Positions 54,974 through 64,000 of a stretch of DNA of 64,000 nt are shown here, piece after piece. This DNA comes from an uncultured Gammaproteobacteria bacterium. GTDB taxonomy: Bacteria; Pseudomonadota; Gammaproteobacteria; Steroidobacterales; Rariloculaceae. Position 1 is the stretch's first letter; each line of letters opens with the position of its first letter. The translations under genes were made by a program, and so were the position numbers. The notes under the pieces are model-generated. The model was not told where the DNA came from. It saw only the letters and a list, made by a program, of their open reading frames with translations, and did no database searches. The stretch is from assembly GCA_963742115.1 (NCBI GenBank), contig CAVUKQ010000014.1, positions 517,850-581,849 of the forward strand. The letters run 5' to 3'.

Positions 54974-55903
54974 TCAGTCGACGCTAACGCGCGCCACAGC
55001 GCTGCGGATTCGCCGGCAGACTCGCGGCGCTGGATTCGGCGCCAACGGCATCGAGGACGCGAGCTCGTCGAAGGCGATCTGCTGGAGCGCCTGCACTTGC
55101 GCCGTCGACAGTCCGAGCTCGAACGCCGAGCATTCGCTACGCCCAAGCGAGCGCGGGTCTCTGCCCGTCACGCGGCCGAAGACGACCAGCGCTTCGAGAT
55201 AGTAGCCGTAGGTGCTCGCGTGGTAATGGTCGTAGGTCCAGAGATCGAGCTTGCCGGCCTCGATGCCGTCGTAGGGATTCGCGTCGGCGACACCCGTCAG
55301 GATCGCGCGGTTCCACGCTTCCCCGACCGGGATCACGAGCGCGCCCGCTCCGGACGCCGCTTGCTCGTACGCCGCTCGGATGTCGTTCGCCATCGCCGCG
55401 ATCGGCCGGCCAGCCCACGCACCCTCCGGAGGATAGACCTGGTCGGCGCGCGACCAAGTCGCCATCAAGAACAGGACCACGTTCGGGTTCTCCGCACGCA
55501 ACACGTCCGCGAGCGCCTTGCCCGTGGCGACGAGCTTCGCTGCGTCGCGCGGCTTGTCGGCGTCGAGCGTGCTGTAGCCGTGCGCGACGACGGTGTCCCA
55601 GCGGCGAGCGATCGCCGCGCGCTTGTTCTCGAGATGGAAGTCGAGACCGGTGCCGCCGCGAGTCTCGAGCGACACCTCGTAGTCGAGCCCGGCCTGCCGC
55701 GTAAACGACTCGAACAGCGCGGGCAAGCCGCCGATTCCTTCGTCGTTGAGGTCGTGCACGGTATCACTGCGGTAGTAACGCACTGCCGAGCCGGCGCCGT
55801 AGGTGAAGCTGTTACCGATGAACAGCACGCTCTCGGCAGCCGCACTCCCCGCGCTCGCGAGCACGAGGGCAACGCTTGCGACCAACGACGATCGAAACCC
55901 CAT
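54974..55903 (-). CDS. secreted SGNH/GDSL-like hydrolase family protein
   Basis: Signal peptide MGFRSSLVASVALVLASAGSAAA followed by block I FIGNSFTYG. A later D..H pair (TYDHYHAS) is consistent with the SGNH fold. Function is unknown. Confidence 0.6.
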   Translation of the reverse strand: MGFRSSLVASVALVLASAGSAAAESVLFIGNSFTYGAGSAVRYYRSDTVHDLNDEGIGGLPALFESFTRQAGLDYEVSLETRGGTGLDFHLENKRAAIARRWDTVVAHGYSTLDADKPRDAAKLVATGKALADVLRAENPNVVLFLMATWSRADQVYPPEGAWAGRPIAAMANDIRAAYEQAASGAGALVIPVGEAWNRAILTGVADANPYDGIEAGKLDLWTYDHYHASTYGYYLEALVVFGRVTGRDPRSLGRSECSAFELGLSTAQVQALQQIAFDELASSMPLAPNPAPRVCRRIRSAVARVSVD

Positions 55904-56044
55904 GACTCGCACCCCTGCCAGCGGCCAGCCGCTCAACCTATCTGGTTCATACCGCGGACGCGATTGTCATCGCGAGCCGTCACCGCAGGCAAGCTCGGTG
56001 CGGGCGTCTGTATACTGCGCGGACTCTCCGACGGGCCACCCGCG

Positions 56045-56422
56045 TTGCAGATCACCCGCGAAAACACCGCCGCCCACTTGATCCGTGCCTACGAGCCGGG
56101 ACGCGTCCGCATCGGCGAGCGCTGGCTCACGGGGAACGTAGTCGTCGCGCCGGATCAGCTGATCGAGAGCTGGACGGTGGGCAGCCTGGCGAGCTTGTCG
56201 CTCGCGGATCTCGAGCCCGCGCTCGCGCTGGGTCCGGAGATCGTGCTGCTCGGCACCGGCACGGAACTGGTGCTGCCCGACGTCGACCTGATGGCCGCGC
56301 TCGCGGCGCGCGCGATCGGGCTCGAGATCATGAGCACGCCGGCGGCGTGCCGCACCTTCAACGTGCTCGTGCACGAGCGGCGGCGCGTCGTCGCGGCGCT
56401 GCTCAATTCGCCGCCCGCCTAG
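56045..56422 (+). CDS. Mth938-like (DUF498) domain protein
   Basis: ..LIRAYEPGRVRIGERWLTGNVVVAPD...EIVLLGTGTELVLPD...GLEIMSTPAACRTFNVL.. is the typical DUF498 pattern. TTG at 56045 is the only nearby in-frame start, so the start is uncertain. Confidence 0.6.
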   Translation: MQITRENTAAHLIRAYEPGRVRIGERWLTGNVVVAPDQLIESWTVGSLASLSLADLEPALALGPEIVLLGTGTELVLPDVDLMAALAARAIGLEIMSTPAACRTFNVLVHERRRVVAALLNSPPA

Positions 56423-57276
56423 CGGCCGGGGAAATACTGCAGCGGATCGACGGGAACCCCGTTGCGCCGTATTTCGAAATGCAGCCGGGGCTGGCGCTCC
56501 GGCCCTAAGCCCATCGACGCGATCGTCTGGCCCCGCGCGACTTCCTGCCCCTGGGTCACGAGCAGCTCGCTGTTGTAGCCGTACGCGGTCAGATACGTCT
56601 CGTTGTGCTTGATGATCACGAGCTGGCCATAACCGACCAGGCCGCTGCCTGCGTAGACGATTCGGCCCGCCGCGGCCGCACGCACGGGCTGCCCGACACG
56701 GCCGCCGATTCCCACGCCGGTCGCGATGCCCTCGCCCGTCCCGAAACGCGTGACCACCGCGCCATCGGCGGGCCACGCCCAGGCGGGCGGGGGCAGGACG
56801 GGAACCGCCGGCGGTGCCGGGGCGGCGCGCGGCGCAGCGCGCGGCGCGGCGGCTTGCGGAGGGCGGTTAGTGTTGCCGCTGGACGGCGCCGGAGCCGAGC
56901 TGGACGCGCGCGTATTCGGCGGCGGCGTGAGCCGCAGCCGCTGGCCCACGCGGATCACGTCCGGATCGCGCAGACCGTTCCAACGCACGAGGTCGCGCTG
57001 ATCGACTCCGTGCTGCCACGCGATCTTGTAGAGCGTTTCGCCGGCGCGCACGACGTGCACGCGCTCGTTGGCCGACGCCTTCGCGGCCGGCGGCGGCGCC
57101 GTTTCGCGCGCGACATTCGCGCAACCCGCGAGCGCCGCCGCAAACGCGGACACGAGCGCGACGGCCGAGAGCGACGAGCGCAACGCCGCAAACGCGGACG
57201 CGAGCGCGCCGGCCGGGAGCGACACGCGCGGCTCCGCGAACGTTGCGCGCTTGCGTGAGCCGCGGGCGCGGCTCAC
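56419..57276 (-). CDS. nlpD: LysM / M23 peptidase lipoprotein NlpD
   Basis: Lipobox LAGC, LysM (HVVRAGETLYKIAWQHGVDQRDLVRWNGL), a Pro/Ala-rich linker and an M23 domain (..GQLVIIKHNETYLTAYGYN..LHFEIRRNG). GTG at 57276 has GGAG 7 nt upstream, right after the pcm stop. Confidence 0.85.
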   Translation of the reverse strand: MSRARGSRKRATFAEPRVSLPAGALASAFAALRSSLSAVALVSAFAAALAGCANVARETAPPPAAKASANERVHVVRAGETLYKIAWQHGVDQRDLVRWNGLRDPDVIRVGQRLRLTPPPNTRASSSAPAPSSGNTNRPPQAAAPRAAPRAAPAPPAVPVLPPPAWAWPADGAVVTRFGTGEGIATGVGIGGRVGQPVRAAAAGRIVYAGSGLVGYGQLVIIKHNETYLTAYGYNSELLVTQGQEVARGQTIASMGLGPERQPRLHFEIRRNGVPVDPLQYFPGR

Positions 57277-57277
57277 G

Positions 57278-57961
57278 TCAGAGCTCCGTTCCTTCGACGA
57301 ACGGCACGAAGCTGACCGCGAGCAGATCCTCTTCCACGAACTCATCCCCGTTGCGCGTCACGCGCAACAGCCTCTGCCGGCCGCGCTCGCCGATCGGAAT
57401 GATCATCCGCCCGCCCTCGTCGAGCTGCTCGCAGAGCTCGGGCGGAATGCGCTCGGGCGCGGCCGCGACGATGATTCCTTGGAACGGCGCCTGGCTGCGC
57501 CAGCCGTGCCAACCATCCGCGTGGCGCAGGCTCACGTTGCTGATCTTGAGCTCCGCGAGCATCGTACGCGCGCGTTGTTGGAGCGGCTGAATCCGCTCGA
57601 CGCTGTAGATGTGCTGCACGAACGGCGCGAGCACGGCGGTCTGATATCCGCAACCCGTGCCGATCTCGAGGACCTTCGTGAGCTTCTTGCCGCCCGCGAT
57701 CAGCGCCTCGGTCATGAGCGCAACGACGTACGGTTGCGAGATCGTCTGGCCGAAGCCGATCGGGAGCGCCGTGTCTTCGTACGCGCGGCTCGCGAGCGCC
57801 TCGTCGACGAACAAATGCCGCGGCACGGTGCGAATGCGGTCGAGCACGGCCGCGTTCTTGAGACCCTCGCTCTTCAGGCGATCGATCAGCCGTTCGCGCG
57901 TGCGCGCGGACGTCATGCCGATCCCTCTTTGCTGCTCGTTCATCGGCCACTCATCGGACAC
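57278..57961 (-). CDS. pcm: protein-L-isoaspartate O-methyltransferase
   Basis: ..QTISQPYVVALM.., the SAM motif VLEIGTGCGYQTAVLA and the surE-pcm-nlpD order. Confidence 0.95.
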   Translation of the reverse strand: MSDEWPMNEQQRGIGMTSARTRERLIDRLKSEGLKNAAVLDRIRTVPRHLFVDEALASRAYEDTALPIGFGQTISQPYVVALMTEALIAGGKKLTKVLEIGTGCGYQTAVLAPFVQHIYSVERIQPLQQRARTMLAELKISNVSLRHADGWHGWRSQAPFQGIIVAAAPERIPPELCEQLDEGGRMIIPIGERGRQRLLRVTRNGDEFVEEDLLAVSFVPFVEGTEL

Positions 57962-57971
57962 GTCGCCCGTT

Positions 57972-58715
57972 TCATCGGAAGCGTTTCATCCAGCCGTCGA
58001 GCTTCTCGAGCGCCGAGTGTGCCGTGAGGTCGATCTTGATCGGCGTCACCGACACGTAACCGTTCGCCACCGCGTGAAAATCGGTTCCGGCCCCCGCGTC
58101 CTGCCCCGCGCCCGCGGGGCCAATCCAGTAGATCGGCCGGTTCTTCGGATCGAGCGCCTTCACGACGGGCTCGGACTTGTGGCGAAAGCCGAGGCGCGTC
58201 GTCTTGATCCCTTTGAGCTCCGCCGCCGGCAAGTCCGGCACGTTTACGTTCAACATCGTGTCGGTCGGAAGCGGATCGGCGAGATTGCGCTCGACGAACC
58301 GGCGCACGAGATCCGCGGCCGTCGCGAAGTGCTCATCGCCCACGAGCGACACGGCGATCGACGGAATGCCGAGGAAACGCCCCTCCATCGCCGCGGCGAC
58401 GGTGCCGGAGTACAGCACGTCGTCGCCGAGATTCTCGCCGTGGTTGATTCCCGAGATCAGCACGTCGGGCGGCTCCTCGAGCAACCCCGTGATCGCGATG
58501 TGCACGCAGTCGGTCGGCGTGCCGTTCACATAGTAGACGTTGTCGCCCGCACGCTCGACGCGCAGCGGGGTCTCGAGCGTGAGCGAGTTCGAGGCGCCGC
58601 TGCGATTGCGATCCGGCGCGACGACGATCACGTCCGCGATGCCGCCGAGATGCTCCGCGAGCGTGCGCAGGCCGCGCGCCTGATAGCCGTCATCGTTGGA
58701 GAGAAGAATCCGCAA
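57972..58715 (-). CDS. surE: 5'/3'-nucleotidase SurE
   Basis: [15 protein letters not shown].., [24 protein letters not shown]. Confidence 0.95.
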   Translation of the reverse strand: MRILLSNDDGYQARGLRTLAEHLGGIADVIVVAPDRNRSGASNSLTLETPLRVERAGDNVYYVNGTPTDCVHIAITGLLEEPPDVLISGINHGENLGDDVLYSGTVAAAMEGRFLGIPSIAVSLVGDEHFATAADLVRRFVERNLADPLPTDTMLNVNVPDLPAAELKGIKTTRLGFRHKSEPVVKALDPKNRPIYWIGPAGAGQDAGAGTDFHAVANGYVSVTPIKIDLTAHSALEKLDGWMKRFR

Positions 58716-58761
58716 CTGCCGTTCCTTGGGGGAGGCGCCGTCGCCTAGGCGCCGCCGGCCA

Positions 58762-59058
58762 TCACGGCCCGGCGTGCGACTCGGGCGCGGCGGGAGCGAT
58801 CTGATAGAACGTTTCGCCGGACTCGATCATGCCGAGCTCGGTGCGGGCCCGCTCTTCGGCCGCCGCGACGCCTTGCTTCAAGTCCAGCACCTCGGCTTCG
58901 AGCGCCGAGTTGCGCGCCGCGAGCTTGCCGTTCTCCTCGGTGCGCCGCGCGACCTCGGCGGTGAGCCGCCAGACCTCGCGGAGCCCGCCGTCGGAGATCC
59001 AGAGCCGTGCCTGCAGCAGCACGAGCATTCCGGCGAGCGCCAAGATCAGGATCCGCAT
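58762..59058 (-). CDS. ftsB: cell division protein FtsB
   Basis: 98 aa with an N-terminal TM helix ([16 protein letters not shown]), a coiled coil and ..ARTELGMI.. It lies downstream of eno. Confidence 0.85.
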   Translation of the reverse strand: MRILILALAGMLVLLQARLWISDGGLREVWRLTAEVARRTEENGKLAARNSALEAEVLDLKQGVAAAEERARTELGMIESGETFYQIAPAAPESHAGP

Positions 59059-59144
59059 TCACTTCCCCGCGGCCGCGACCCTTCGATCGTGGCGAGCATT
59101 GCCGAGCTCGCGGCCAACGCTTTCGTCGACGCGCCCTCGCGGCG

Positions 59145-62995
<3,851 letters not shown>

Positions 62996-63410
62996 CTACT
63001 CCACTACGGAGCATCGCTCTGACCCTCGAAAGTAACTGCTTGATTGCATCGACGGACGGAACGACAAGGTATCAAATGAGACTCGCGCTCACCAGTGGTT
63101 TGTTGCCGCTCGACGTGCAGCGTCGCTGGCGGCGGTCATGCGAGCGCGCGGTCATTCCGCCCGCTACCGCCCGGGCGGCCTGAAGTTGTCTCGCTCGTAG
63201 ACGGATGTGGGCCGGCGCCAGCCTTCGAAGAATCCCGCATCGGCTCGTCTCGGTCATCGCGATCTGCGAATGCAGCTGTGCGTCATCGGCCCACTCGCTC
63301 GGCCGCCCGAGCGCGGGAGGAACGACCGCGCACCGACACGACCGCCAGCGGCGAAACGGCGCGACGCAGCCGCCGAACCAGCGCTCGGCGAGCGCGAGTC
63401 GCTCAGCGGA

Positions 63411-64000
63411 TCGGGGGGTGGTGAGTCCAGCGCACGCGCCAGCGCGGTTCCGACGGCGGCGGCGGCGACGTCGTGACTCAGCCAGAGGTCGGCGACGGCG
63501 ACGAGGCAGTCGCCGCGGTAGAGAAGCGGGATACGCGAGCGCATCCACGGCACTACACCGGCGTCGTGGAACCAACGCTTGAGCGGGTGGCTGTGCGGCC
63601 GGTCGAGCGGCCGGAAGTCCTCGCCGCCGGCGCGGAAGCGCAGCTCGAGCCCGGCGTCGAGCCACGACTCGGGAAGCCCCGGGCCCGAGGCCGCGGGCTC
63701 GAGCCCGAGCTCGCCCTCCGGGCCCGACCAGCCGTGATTCTCGTCGAGGCGCGCGCGGTAGGCGGGCGGCGAGGCCGGCGGCAGCGCGCTCATCAGATAG
63801 AGATGCTCGCGGAACACGCGACCCTCGCCGCCCGCCCACAGGATGCGGGTTTGTGCGCCGGGACGCGCGTGGAGCAGCGCGTTGCGCAACTCCTCCGCTT
63901 TCAACGCGCTCGGCGCGCCGAGCCTGACGCGGCGCAGCAGGTGGCGCAGCAGGTTGCGCTGACGAGCGGGCTCGAGCGCCGCAAGCACGGCGCGCGGGAT
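63411..64000 (-). CDS. tilS: tRNA(Ile)-lysidine synthase TilS, C-terminal ~190 codons (5' part outside window); probable frame break near the 3' end
   Basis: ..LEPARQRNLLRHLLRR...HPLKRWFHDAGVVPWMRSRIPLLYRGDCLVAVADLWL.. is the TilS C-terminal domain. The ORF frame runs on to 63254 as low-complexity text. The neighbouring frame ends ..VRWTHHPPIR* at 63411, which gives the expected length and would need a 1-nt deletion around 63440..63480. Confidence 0.7.

Overview
This is a very GC-rich, gene-dense stretch of chromosome. The ORF content and gene order suggest a high-GC gammaproteobacterium of the Xanthomonadales/Nevskiales type, but I could not run a search, so that is inference. About 60 genes are supported and most are core housekeeping.

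Gene content, left to right:
- lpxK-msbA, exbBD, comEC and lolCDE-type genes
- three exported or outer-membrane proteins of unknown function
- a short-Q-loop cytochrome bd (CIO-type) oxidase and a class-I DAHP synthase
- mfd and a csiV-like gene
- a PAS plus degenerate GGDEF protein
- a tightly packed minus-strand run: M1 aminopeptidase, CYTH, YkuD, nagZ, hpt, mtnP
- rlmD, an exonuclease gene, acpS, pdxJ, recO, era, rnc, lepB, lepA
- rpoE-rseA-rseB-rseC
- sdhCDAB-sdhE-ygfX, a DUF1674 gene and ygfZ
- two adjacent hybrid histidine kinases, one a 1629-aa soluble poly-HAMP protein
- lysS, prfB with its programmed +1 frameshift, nlpD-pcm-surE, ftsB-eno-kdsA-pyrG, and the 3' part of tilS

I found no rRNA, tRNA, CRISPR array, transposase, integrase, phage gene or recognisable defence island.

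Observations most worth follow-up:
1. A 26-codon leader ORF (MTATARFHFWYYAFPKPQ...) followed by a strong intrinsic terminator sits in the 5' leader of the DAHP synthase gene. This is a candidate attenuator reading Phe, Trp and Tyr together.
2. A 113-bp nested inverted repeat lies in the same intergenic region.
3. The poly-HAMP/GAF kinase and its REC-HK-REC partner carry five receiver domains, no HPt domain and no output domain.
4. A YkuD (L,D-transpeptidase-fold) protein with no signal peptide is translationally coupled to nagZ.

Major caveat: about 17 single-nucleotide frame breaks interrupt otherwise well-conserved genes, including msbA and kdsA. I read these as sequence-quality indels, not real pseudogenes. 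They must be resolved before any gene-loss biology is inferred.
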